Shown here: one piece after another, positions 24,336 to 33,058 of the stretch
How the letters are laid out: each line of letters begins with the position of its first letter
How positions within the stretch are numbered: position 1 is the stretch's first letter
Origin: Candidatus Saccharimonadales bacterium
GTDB taxonomy: Bacteria > Patescibacteriota > Saccharimonadia > Saccharimonadales > UBA4665
Reading direction: 5' to 3'
DNA: 37,697 bases
Assembly (NCBI GenBank): GCA_049661165.1
Contig: JBASZU010000087.1
Coordinates: forward strand, 1-37,697
Program-made: the position numbers and the translations under genes
Notes under the pieces: generated by a model
What the model was told of the DNA's origin: nothing
Database searches by the model: none
The model's input: the letters and a program-made list of their open reading frames with translations, nothing else

Positions 24336-26354
24336 ATGGACGACCAACAAAAACAACTCGTAGCCAAGCTCAAAGACGCACAAAACGTCTTGGTTACGGT
24401 AAGCAAAAATCCTTCTGTTGACCAGCTTGCTGCCGCTATCGGACTTACGATTGCACTAAACAAGCTCGACAAGCATGCCACGGCGGTTTACAGCGGCCAG
24501 ACGCCCAGTACCATAGAGTTTTTGAAGCCCGAAGAAACCCTAGAAACAAATACCGACAGTCTGCGTGATTTCATTATTGCACTCGATAAATCCAAGGCTG
24601 ATAAGCTGCGTTATAAGGTTGAAGACCAAGTCGTTCGGATTTTTATAACACCGTACCGGACGTCTATTTCCGAAAACGACCTCGAATTTAGCCAGGGAGA
24701 TTTCAATGTCGATGTTGTCATAGCTCTGGGCGTTCAGGAGCAAACAGACCTTGACGATGCAATCCAAGCGCACGGGCGTATCCTACATGATGCGGTCGTT
24801 GCAACGCTGTCTATTGCAGATAAACCAGAGCTAGGCACGCTTAACATAGTAGATAATGAGGCCAGCAGTCTGTCGGAAATGGTTACGAGGCTCATCCAAA
24901 GCCTAGATAAGTCTGTGCTCGATACGCAGATAGCGACGGCTTTACTAACAGGAATCGTTGCAATGACCGAAAGATTCAGCAACGATCGTACCAGTCCCGA
25001 GACTATGAGTATAAGCGCAAACCTCATGTCGGCCGGTGCAAACCAGCAACTTATTGCAACAGAATTGGATGCAGAGCTTGCCCCCGAACCTCAGACGGCC
25101 AGCACGGCCACGCCTGCTGCAGAAGCGGGTCATACAGATCCAGGAACACTTGCGATAGACCATGGCGAACACGATCCTCCCACTGAATTACCACCCGTAT
25201 CTTCGTCTACTCACGAGAGCGAAGAAGAAATCACCGAAGATGAGCAGCCTCCAGAACAACCACGGTCGGCTGCCCCACAGATTCAGGTTGACGAAAATGG
25301 GCAGCTAATAAGCGGAGACGAAGATAGTCATCCAAAAATCGGTGTTGTTCATAGTCAGTCAGACTCATTACCCCGAGACAGCGGTGCCGAGTCGGCTGTA
25401 ACGAGAGATCGAGTGGTCGAACCCCCGATGCTAGGAGGTGAGCTCACAGCCAACACGAGCGAAGAAGAGCTTGGCGGTTCGTCGGAAGATCTTGGCACTC
25501 CGGCTCAAAATACGCCTATACTTTCGCACAATGAGCGGGTTATCACTCCAAGCCCCAACAAAGAAGTGCCCGAACCGTCTGAGCAGCCTGAACAACCGAG
25601 TCAGCACATGACAGTATCACCATTACCTCCCGTGGCACCTATCGTACCAGCAGCACCCACACCACCGGAGATTCCCGAACCTATACCGCCGACGCCCTCG
25701 GTGCAAGATATAGTTTCTGCAACGACCCAACAATCGCCAGTGCCCGATACCCCGGTGCAGCCGAGCCTTCCTCAAATCAGCCAGCTGCCGGATTTACCTC
25801 AACCGCCAGCCATGCCAGCTTTGACGCCCATGGACACTGACAATACAAATGAGGAGTATATTGATACTGCTCGTCAGACTCTGAGCGATATAGAACATGT
25901 TGTTGATAGCCCGCATATTAGTGCAATGACCGATGATAATTCCGCAGTAGATACCCCTGAAGCAGATATTGATGCTGCCCGGAAGGCTGTTGAGCAAGCA
26001 CTGGCATCTCAACCCGCCCAGACTAACCCAGATCCCATTGTAGCCCTTAATGCTCAACCACTAGGTTCGCAGTTACGCGAAAAACCTGCTTCAGACACAA
26101 CGTATCAGCCGGCACCAGGGTTTGGCTTGCCAGTAACAGAGGCGAATGAGCCAGTTTCTAACACTTCTGCTCCGGATTCAACCGACAACCTGTTGCTACC
26201 AGGTTTGCAGTCACCCCAATCAGTCGCTTCGACTGCAATCCCGGCTACTGCCGCTCCCGTAAGCGCTTTCCCAGGCACACCACCTCCACAGTCAGATAAG
26301 GAGCAAGCACCACCACCTCCTGTGCCGCCACCACCGATATTCCCGACCGCATAG
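24336..26354 (+). CDS. DHH-family (NrnA-like) protein with degenerate catalytic motifs and long Pro-rich tail
   Basis: 672 aa. LLTGIVAMTERFSNDRTSPETMSISANLMSAGANQQLI parallels the NrnA LxTGIxxDTGxFxxxNTT...A..L...G region. The DHH motif positions read SKNPSVDQ, VIALG and SIAD instead of H.NPDGDA, VVDT and IDHH. Residues from about 245 to 672 are Pro/Ser/Glu-rich low complexity. It sits upstream of truB, as nrnA does in several Gram-positive lineages. Confidence 0.6.
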   Translation: MDDQQKQLVAKLKDAQNVLVTVSKNPSVDQLAAAIGLTIALNKLDKHATAVYSGQTPSTIEFLKPEETLETNTDSLRDFIIALDKSKADKLRYKVEDQVVRIFITPYRTSISENDLEFSQGDFNVDVVIALGVQEQTDLDDAIQAHGRILHDAVVATLSIADKPELGTLNIVDNEASSLSEMVTRLIQSLDKSVLDTQIATALLTGIVAMTERFSNDRTSPETMSISANLMSAGANQQLIATELDAELAPEPQTASTATPAAEAGHTDPGTLAIDHGEHDPPTELPPVSSSTHESEEEITEDEQPPEQPRSAAPQIQVDENGQLISGDEDSHPKIGVVHSQSDSLPRDSGAESAVTRDRVVEPPMLGGELTANTSEEELGGSSEDLGTPAQNTPILSHNERVITPSPNKEVPEPSEQPEQPSQHMTVSPLPPVAPIVPAAPTPPEIPEPIPPTPSVQDIVSATTQQSPVPDTPVQPSLPQISQLPDLPQPPAMPALTPMDTDNTNEEYIDTARQTLSDIEHVVDSPHISAMTDDNSAVDTPEADIDAARKAVEQALASQPAQTNPDPIVALNAQPLGSQLREKPASDTTYQPAPGFGLPVTEANEPVSNTSAPDSTDNLLLPGLQSPQSVASTAIPATAAPVSAFPGTPPPQSDKEQAPPPPVPPPPIFPTA

Positions 26355-26380
26355 CCGACCCTCCATGCTATGCTCATTGT

Positions 26381-27067
26381 ATGCAGGGCATACTTCTTGT
26401 CGATAAACCGTCTGGGTGGACGAGTTTTGATGTGGTGAATTATGTGCGCAAAATTGTTGCCCAGGCCGAGGGCAAGAAACCTAAAAACTGTAAAGTAGGG
26501 CATACGGGCACACTTGACCCGCTGGCTACGGGACTGCTCGTGATACTGGTGGGCAAGGAGTACACTCGCCGTGCTGCTGAGCTGAGCAAACACGACAAAA
26601 CGTACGAGGTCACGATGAAGCTGGGTCAAACAAGCACCACGGGTGATGATGAGGGGGAGAAGACCCCTGTTAATTCGCGCATCCCGGGTGAAAATGAGGT
26701 TCTTGCAGCACTTCAGAAATTTACCGGGAGTATCATGCAGACCCCGCCGATCTATTCAGCCATTAAGATCAATGGTCAGAAAGCCTATGACTTGGCTCGG
26801 AAGGGCAAGGAGGTGAAGCTTGAACCGCGCCCAGTAACTATATATGAAATAAGAAACATGAAATATTCATACCCTCTGGTTCGGTTTACCTGTGATGTCA
26901 GTAGTGGCACGTATATTCGTTCACTGGTGGCAGATGTTGGTGAGGCGCTCGGAACGGGCGCGTATATGTCAGGCCTACGCCGTACAAAAGTGGGTGATTA
27001 CGATCTGGCAAATGCCGCGCAGTTGAGCCGGTTGGGCCAAGTCCAGCTAGCAGATCTATTGCAATAG
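26381..27067 (+). CDS. truB: tRNA pseudouridine(55) synthase
   Basis: GILLVDKPSGWTSFDVV...VGHTGTLDPLATGLLVILVGK..T... is the TruB catalytic Asp motif. 228 aa. Confidence 0.92.
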   Translation: MQGILLVDKPSGWTSFDVVNYVRKIVAQAEGKKPKNCKVGHTGTLDPLATGLLVILVGKEYTRRAAELSKHDKTYEVTMKLGQTSTTGDDEGEKTPVNSRIPGENEVLAALQKFTGSIMQTPPIYSAIKINGQKAYDLARKGKEVKLEPRPVTIYEIRNMKYSYPLVRFTCDVSSGTYIRSLVADVGEALGTGAYMSGLRRTKVGDYDLANAAQLSRLGQVQLADLLQ

Positions 27068-27143
27068 GGGTCGGCATCTGGTATACTCCCATGCAACGCC
27101 ATCAGTAGTCTCTAAGGAAGTTTTGAAAGGATTGTTTGTATAT

Positions 27144-27410
27144 ATGATTTCAGCTGAGAAAAAGAGTGGAATTGTGAAAGATTTGCAGAAGAGCAAGGAA
27201 GATACCGGCAGTGCGGCCGTACAGGTTGGTATATTTACCGAGCGCATCCGTGAGCTGACTGAGCACCTCAAGGTGAATAAGAAAGATTTTGCGGCTCGCC
27301 GGGGGCTACTGCAGCTTGTGGGTAAGCGCAAGCGGCTATTGCAGTACATTGCTGCACAAGATGGGCAGGCGTATCTGAACCTCATTAAAAAGCTTGGTAT
27401 TCGCCGCTAA
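27144..27410 (+). CDS. rpsO: 30S ribosomal protein S15
   Basis: 88 aa from ATG 27144. ...DTGSAAVQVGIFTERIRELTEHLKVNKKDFAARRGLLQLVGKRKRLLQYI... is canonical S15. The track's TTG 27123 is unlikely. Confidence 0.92.
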   Translation: MISAEKKSGIVKDLQKSKEDTGSAAVQVGIFTERIRELTEHLKVNKKDFAARRGLLQLVGKRKRLLQYIAAQDGQAYLNLIKKLGIRR

Positions 27411-27638
27411 CCTTAAAACTCTAAGTTCGAATATCGAAATCCTAAACAATCTCGAATAACCAAAATTCGAAAAAAAGATTGTTTCGGGATTTGAGCATTT
27501 GAATTTTATAAACTGTTTAGAATTTAGTGCTTAGTACTTAGTATTTAACACGTTCGGGGTAGGACATCAGCGCTCCTCTGGGGAATACACCCTCTGGAGA
27601 GTTGGATTCTATACCCGAACAAGAAAAGGAGGCTACAC
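27411..27638 (+). promoter_or_regulatory. Structured rpsO-pnp intergenic leader
   Basis: First hairpin: aaatcctaaacaatct (27437-27452) with agattgtttcgggattt (27476-27492). Second stem: gttcggggta (27552-27561) with tacccgaac (27612-27620), enclosing about 50 nt and ending 6 nt before AGGAGG (27627-27632). Confidence 0.45.
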
Positions 27639-29789
27639 ATGAGCCAAATTACCACCAAAACTATCAATCCATACGGCAAAGACCTTGTGGTTGTCGAAAC
27701 GGAGTTCTGTGGGCGGACACTGACGCTCGAAGTTAACCGCGTCGGCTTTCGCACCACCGCAAGCGTTCTCGCGCGCTATGGAGACACCGTAGTCCTTGGC
27801 ACTGCCATGCTAGGGAAGCCTATTCAGGGGATGGATTATTTCCCGCTTTCCATTGACTATGAAGAGAAGTTTTATGCTGCCGGGAAGATTAGCGGCAGCC
27901 GTTTTATCAAGCGTGAAGGTCGCCCGAGTGACGACGCTATCCTCATTGGTCGCCTCATAGACCGCCCTATCCGCCCACTCTTTCCGAAGGGCTACCGCAA
28001 TGAAGTGCAGGGCGTAGCGAGCGTACTCAGCATGGATCCTGCGTTTCGCCCCGACATGGTCGCTATGATTGCCATGAGCGCAGCCCTTATGCTGACTGGC
28101 GCACCATTTGACGGTCCAGTTGCCGGTGTGCGCGTTGGTATGACCGATGGCGGTGAGTACCGAGCATTTATGAGTGCTGAGGAGCTAAACGCGAGCAAAC
28201 TCGACCTTGTTGTAGCCGCCCGCGAAGGTGGTGTCATGATGGTTGAGGCCGGTGCAAACGAAGCTACCGAAGAAGAGGTGGTGGCTGCACTGAAATTTGC
28301 CGAGGAAGCTATAAAGCCCGCGCTCGCTGCGCAGGCTGAGCTTGCTAAAAAGGTCGGGGTGAAAGCCACCGAATATGAATTAATCCTCCCAGACGAAAAA
28401 ATCCAAGCAGCCGTAGACAAATGGGTAGCCGGCAAGCTCGGCGAAGACTTGCGTTTGCCGTACCCAGAACGAAACGAAATGATTGGCGTGCTCAAAGAGC
28501 AGTTCCACGTTGCATTTGCTGAAGAACTTGGTGAAGAACTCTACACAGTGGTACGCACTCAGTACGATGAAGCCTTTCAAATGGCACTGCACAAAGATGT
28601 TCGCGCCGGCATAGTCAAGGACGGCACGCGCCCCGATGGCCGTAAGCTGACCGACATTCGTCCGTTGAGCTCTGAGGTTGGGTTGCTGCCGCGCGCCCAT
28701 GGTTCGAGCCTCTTTACGCGTGGCATGACACAGGGCATGAACATTGTTACTTTGGCGCCACTATCGTACGCGCAGCTCGTAGACACCATGGAGAAAAACG
28801 AAGAGCGCCGCTACATGCACCACTACAACGCCCCTGGCTATACGGTTGGCGAAGTGCGCCGCCTGGGCAGCCCCGGCCGCCGTGAGATTGGCCATGGCTA
28901 CCTGGCAGAGCGCGCCCTTTTTGCCGTACTGCCCGATGAAGCGGTTTTCCCCTACGCCATTCGCAGTGTTACCGAGATTATGAGCCAGAACGGTTCAACA
29001 AGCATGGCGGCAACCTGCAGTAGCTGCCTTGCCCTTATGGACGCCGGTGTTCCGCTGAAGGCACCGGTATCGGGCATTGCCATGGGACTGATGGTAGACG
29101 GAGACAAGACGTACATTCTAAGCGACATTGCTGACGCCGAAGATTTTGCGGGTGACATGGACTTCAAGGTTGCCGGAACAAGCAAAGGCATTACTGCCCT
29201 GCAAATGGACATGAAGGTCCACGGCTTGTCTGTCGATGTACTGGCGCAGGCACTCGCGCAGGGCAAGGATGGCCGTGCCTTCATACTCGCACACATGCTT
29301 GAAACAATTGCCGAACCGAGGGCAGAACTGAGCCCATACGCACCTCGCGTGGAAAGTATCCAGATTAACCCAGACAAGATTCGTGAAATCATCGGTAAGG
29401 GTGGTGAAACCATCCAGAAGATTACCGCAGAAACCGGTACCGAAATCGACATTAAAGACGACGGTACGGTTATGATTGCCAGCCCAGACGGCGATAGCAT
29501 ACAGCGGGCGAAAGACTGGATCCTTTCCATTGTAGAAGACCCAGAAGTCGGCAAAATATACGTCGACAAACCGGTGGTAAGCGTGCTGGACTTCGGGGCT
29601 TTTGTGCAAATTATGCCAGGCAAAGATGGCCTCGTGCATGTCAGCGAAATGAGTGAAGAGCGCGTGGCAAAGCCGAGCGACGTTGTCAAAGAAGGCGACC
29701 TCGTCACCGTAAAACTCGTCGCCATAGACGACCGTGGCCGCTTACAGCTGAGCATGAAAGCCGCCGCTCGAGAGCTAGATAAGAAATAA
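27639..29789 (+). CDS. pnp: Polyribonucleotide nucleotidyltransferase (PNPase)
   Basis: 716 aa. Two RNase PH domains, then KH (GKGGETIQKI) and S1 (GKIYVDKPVVSVLDFGAFVQI..GKDGLVHVSE) domains. Strong SD. Confidence 0.95.
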   Translation: MSQITTKTINPYGKDLVVVETEFCGRTLTLEVNRVGFRTTASVLARYGDTVVLGTAMLGKPIQGMDYFPLSIDYEEKFYAAGKISGSRFIKREGRPSDDAILIGRLIDRPIRPLFPKGYRNEVQGVASVLSMDPAFRPDMVAMIAMSAALMLTGAPFDGPVAGVRVGMTDGGEYRAFMSAEELNASKLDLVVAAREGGVMMVEAGANEATEEEVVAALKFAEEAIKPALAAQAELAKKVGVKATEYELILPDEKIQAAVDKWVAGKLGEDLRLPYPERNEMIGVLKEQFHVAFAEELGEELYTVVRTQYDEAFQMALHKDVRAGIVKDGTRPDGRKLTDIRPLSSEVGLLPRAHGSSLFTRGMTQGMNIVTLAPLSYAQLVDTMEKNEERRYMHHYNAPGYTVGEVRRLGSPGRREIGHGYLAERALFAVLPDEAVFPYAIRSVTEIMSQNGSTSMAATCSSCLALMDAGVPLKAPVSGIAMGLMVDGDKTYILSDIADAEDFAGDMDFKVAGTSKGITALQMDMKVHGLSVDVLAQALAQGKDGRAFILAHMLETIAEPRAELSPYAPRVESIQINPDKIREIIGKGGETIQKITAETGTEIDIKDDGTVMIASPDGDSIQRAKDWILSIVEDPEVGKIYVDKPVVSVLDFGAFVQIMPGKDGLVHVSEMSEERVAKPSDVVKEGDLVTVKLVAIDDRGRLQLSMKAAARELDKK

Positions 29790-29802
29790 TTTGCAATTAA
29801 CA

Positions 29803-29826
29803 ATTTCCGAATGGCGATGAATTAGC
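29803..29826. repeat. Left arm of the inverted repeat flanking the four-helix-bundle gene
   Basis: atttccg-aatggcg-atgaattagc. The reverse complement of 30214-30230 is atttccgatgaattagc, so 17 nt match around a 7-nt bulge. Confidence 0.5.
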
Positions 29827-29850
29827 AATTTGCAATGAGCGATGTAAGAC

Positions 29851-30243
29851 ATGGCAAATAAAACCAGTACAGAAGTGATTGAAGGAATGATTCAACTGAG
29901 TGTTGACGTGATATCGTTATGTCAGCAGTTACATCTGCCACGTTCTGTCGTAGATCAAGTCACAAGATCGGTCACTAGTATTGGCGCAAACTTTACAGAG
30001 GCACAAGATGCTTCATCTAAGAAAGATTTTTTGAGCAAGATTTACATAGCAAAAAAGGAAGCATCTGAAACCAAATACTGGCTTGCTATCATTGTGAAGT
30101 TGACAGGGGATTCAAATGAGCTAATTGCTGTTTCTGAAGCAACTCAGAGATACATAATGATGCTGCAAAAAATCGTCAACACTTCAAGAGAACCTAATCG
30201 CAAATCGCCAATAGCTAATTCATCGGAAATGGATAATCGCTAA
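29851..30243 (+). CDS. Four-helix-bundle protein (23S rRNA intervening-sequence protein family)
   Basis: 130 aa. ...SIGANFTEAQDASSKKDFLSKIYIAKKEASETKYWLAII... matches the family core (S.aaNiaEg....S.kDF...l.iA.gS..E....l). Confidence 0.8.
   Translation: MANKTSTEVIEGMIQLSVDVISLCQQLHLPRSVVDQVTRSVTSIGANFTEAQDASSKKDFLSKIYIAKKEASETKYWLAIIVKLTGDSNELIAVSEATQRYIMMLQKIVNTSREPNRKSPIANSSEMDNR
30214..30230. repeat. Right arm of the inverted repeat flanking the four-helix-bundle gene
   Basis: gctaattcatcggaaat lies inside the last codons of the four-helix-bundle gene. It is the complement of the left arm at 29803-29826. Confidence 0.5.
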
Positions 30244-30863
30244 TGGTCAATCGCAAACAAACACTGCTGGATGAACTCAAGGCGCGAATAGAAGCGTCCG
30301 GTATTACGCCCGAACTCAAGTCTCAAGCCGCTCAACTTGTTTTTGGGGAGGGCAATCCCGACGCTGACGTGCTTTTCATAGGAGAGGCACCGGGGAAGCA
30401 AGAAGATTTGCAGGGCAAGCCTTTTGTGGGGGCAAGCGGCAAATTTCTAGACGAAATGCTGGAGAGTATCGGTATGAAGCGTGAGGATATATACATTACC
30501 AACATCGTGAAATACCGGCCGCCAAACAACCGCGACCCTTTGCCAGAGGAAAAGAAAGCGTTTTTGCCGTACTTGCAGGAGCAGCTGGAGATTATTCAGC
30601 CCAAGATAATTGTGACCCTAGGGCGGCACAGCGGCGGAGCGTTTCTGCCTGACCTTCATATAAGCCAGGACCACGGCAAGCCGAAACGGATAAGAGTTAA
30701 GAGACAAGAGATAAGAGATAAGAATAGCCAGAGCGGCGGCACGATGGAGCTAGTGATTGTACCCTTGTACCATCCTGCGGCCGCTTTGTATAACGGCGGG
30801 ATGAGGCAAACCCTCATGGATGATTTTGCGCTCATCCCAGAGATATTAAAGAAAGTAAATTAA
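30243..30863 (+). CDS. Uracil-DNA glycosylase, family 4
   Basis: GEGNPDADVLFIGEAPGKQEDLQGKPFVGASGKFLD, YITNIVKYRPPNNRDP and LYHPAAAL are family-4 UDG motifs. The start overlaps the previous stop (TAATG). There is an extra basic insertion before the HPAA motif. Confidence 0.85.
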   Translation: MVNRKQTLLDELKARIEASGITPELKSQAAQLVFGEGNPDADVLFIGEAPGKQEDLQGKPFVGASGKFLDEMLESIGMKREDIYITNIVKYRPPNNRDPLPEEKKAFLPYLQEQLEIIQPKIIVTLGRHSGGAFLPDLHISQDHGKPKRIRVKRQEIRDKNSQSGGTMELVIVPLYHPAAALYNGGMRQTLMDDFALIPEILKKVN

Positions 30864-30896
30864 TTAAGAAACTAAGTTAAGAAAAAGGAAAGTAAT

Positions 30897-33014
30897 ATGG
30901 ACAACAAAGGAAATAGAGGCAAGCGACCACAAAATGGCCAGAAAAATGGGCAACGAGGTGGAGGCAACGGGGGCGGAAATGGCTTCCGCGGTAAAAACGG
31001 CGGCGGAAATGCTACGCAGAACCAGTCTCAGCCGCAAAACGGTGAAAAACGACCGACGGTCAGCCGTGGTGCCGCTGTGCGGGCGCAAAAGCGGACGCAA
31101 ATGGATGCGCAGCGCGTGGCAAACCAGTGGATGCCAGCCCAGGTAGACGAAAACCGCCGCACGAACTTTATAGACGATTCGCCGCGCCTAAAAATCATCG
31201 GCCTTGGTGGTATGGACGGCGGCGGTAGCAAAAACATGATGCTTGTCGAGTATGTGAACGACGCCGTAGTGATAGATGCGGGAAACGATTTGAGTGTTGA
31301 CTTGCCGGGCATAAACTACGGCATAGCCGACACGGCATATATGGAAACAATCCGCCATAAACTACGTGCCTACATTATCACTCACGGACACCTCGATCAC
31401 ATTGGCGGTTTGCCACACATTGTACCGAAGTATCCGGCACCAGTGTATGGCAGTAAGTTCACCATTGGCCGGGTGCACGAAATTTTTGAGAATTTTGGTT
31501 TGCCTATGCCCGAAGGTTTCGAACTTAAAACAGTCGAAATGAACGAAGACACCCACGAACGCCTGAAGATTGGCGAATTTTTTGTAGAACTCGTGCGGGT
31601 GACGCACTCAATACCTGGTAGTACCATTGTGGTACTCGATACACCAGTGGGGCGCATCATAAACACAGGCGACTTCCGCTTTGACCCGAACCCGCTCGAC
31701 CACGAACGCACCGACATGGAGCGGCTCATAGAGCTTGGCAACGAAGGTGTGCTAGCACTGTTGAGTGAAAGTACAACAGTGGAGCGCTTGGGTCGAACGC
31801 CGTCAGAGAGTACTATCGAGCAGAGCTTTAAAGATATTATGCAGCAAGCACCCGGTCGTATCTTTGTGGGTGTATTTAGTACAAATATGAACCGCATACA
31901 GATGATTGTGAATGCGGCCGTACACCATGGCCGCAAAGTCGCAATAGATGGTCGCAGCATGGTGAGTACGCTTGAAATGGCGGTGCGCCACGGCTTCATG
32001 AAGATTCCAAAGGGCACATTCATACCGATTGCACAGGTGGGGACTATGACAGATGGCCAGGTTGTGGTGATCTGTACCGGGAGTCAGGGTGAGCCATCAT
32101 CTGCGCTGCAGCGTATGGCGAATGGTGAACACCGGCACATAAAACTAAAAGAGCAAGATACCGTCATTCTATCTAGTACACCAATCCCGGAAAGCGGTAA
32201 CGATGCGCTCATTGGCCAGATGGTCGATGACCTTACCAAAAACCATGTACATGTCTTCGAACACCGTAATCACGAGCTAGACAAGGTTGGACCACTCCAC
32301 GTTTCTGGCCATGCCAGCCAGGATGAATACGCCGAGATGATCCAAATGACCAAACCGAAGTTTTTCATCCCAATCTACGGGGCTTACCGGGTAAAACAGC
32401 GACACATTGACCTCGCCATAGAGCAGGGTATACCGCGCGCAAACTGCCTAAACGCCCTGAACGGTGAAGTTATAGCCCTTACTCCCGAAAAAATGGAAGT
32501 TATTGGTGAAGTGCCAAGCGGCACTATACTCGTTGACCAAACAGGCGCCATTGTCAGTAACGTGGTAGTCAAAGACCGAGTGCTTCTGGCCGAAGAAGGC
32601 CTGGTAGCCGTTGTTCTGACCGTCGATAAGAAGTCGGGCAACTTGCTTACGAGCCCCGATATCATTAGCCGCGGCTTCATATATATGCGTGAACAAGAAG
32701 ATATGATGAATGGTCTGCGTACCGAGGTTCGCCGCGCTGTCCAGCAGCGCTACAAGCGCATCGACATAGACCGGTTTAAGGCCGAACTGAAAGATCACAT
32801 TACGCACTATTTGTTTGAACAAACTGGTCGCAGCCCAATAGTTATACCGGTACTTAACATTGTAGGTGGTAAAAACGAAAAACAGGGTCCGCAGGGCAAA
32901 ACAGACAAACCTGCAGAACCACAGAAAACACCAGAGGAAATTGCCGCCGAGCAGCAAGCGCGCTTCCAGGCCATGCGCGAACGTCTCCTCAACCAAGACC
33001 CCCGTGTTGACTAA
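30897..33014 (+). CDS. rnj: Ribonuclease J with Gly/Asn/Arg-rich N-terminal extension
   Basis: 705 aa. Metallo-beta-lactamase motif ITHGHLDHIGG, a beta-CASP region, and HVSGHASQDE. The first ~75 residues are low complexity (GNRGKRPQNGQKNGQRGGGNGGGNGFRGKNGGGN...). Confidence 0.9.
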   Translation: MDNKGNRGKRPQNGQKNGQRGGGNGGGNGFRGKNGGGNATQNQSQPQNGEKRPTVSRGAAVRAQKRTQMDAQRVANQWMPAQVDENRRTNFIDDSPRLKIIGLGGMDGGGSKNMMLVEYVNDAVVIDAGNDLSVDLPGINYGIADTAYMETIRHKLRAYIITHGHLDHIGGLPHIVPKYPAPVYGSKFTIGRVHEIFENFGLPMPEGFELKTVEMNEDTHERLKIGEFFVELVRVTHSIPGSTIVVLDTPVGRIINTGDFRFDPNPLDHERTDMERLIELGNEGVLALLSESTTVERLGRTPSESTIEQSFKDIMQQAPGRIFVGVFSTNMNRIQMIVNAAVHHGRKVAIDGRSMVSTLEMAVRHGFMKIPKGTFIPIAQVGTMTDGQVVVICTGSQGEPSSALQRMANGEHRHIKLKEQDTVILSSTPIPESGNDALIGQMVDDLTKNHVHVFEHRNHELDKVGPLHVSGHASQDEYAEMIQMTKPKFFIPIYGAYRVKQRHIDLAIEQGIPRANCLNALNGEVIALTPEKMEVIGEVPSGTILVDQTGAIVSNVVVKDRVLLAEEGLVAVVLTVDKKSGNLLTSPDIISRGFIYMREQEDMMNGLRTEVRRAVQQRYKRIDIDRFKAELKDHITHYLFEQTGRSPIVIPVLNIVGGKNEKQGPQGKTDKPAEPQKTPEEIAAEQQARFQAMRERLLNQDPRVD
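32940..33013 (+). repeat. Direct repeat copy 1 (authentic rnj 3' end)
   Basis: 74 nt, 71/74 identical to 35058-35131. It encodes IAAEQQARFQAMRERLLNQDPRVD followed by TAA. Confidence 0.9.
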
Positions 33015-33035
33015 TGCACAGTTTCTTGCTATAAT
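33007..33035 (+). promoter_or_regulatory. Promoter of the 665-aa gene
   Basis: TTGACT (33007-33012, the last codons of rnj and part of the repeat), 17-nt spacer, then TGcTATAAT (33027-33035). ATG 33059 follows a short leader with no SD. Confidence 0.5.
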
Positions 33036-33058
33036 AATAGCTACACAGTAAAACGAAA

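Noticed and set aside
26105-26629. 174-aa minus-strand ORF spanning the junction between the DHH-like gene and truB.
   Set aside because: It is antisense to two well-supported genes. Its Gly-run arises as the complement of the Pro-rich tail.
28952-29803. 283-aa minus-strand ORF, with others at 27992-28495 and 29118-29639.
   Set aside because: They lie entirely antisense to pnp, are Ser/Ala/Met/Thr-rich low complexity, and have no SD. They are shadow ORFs.
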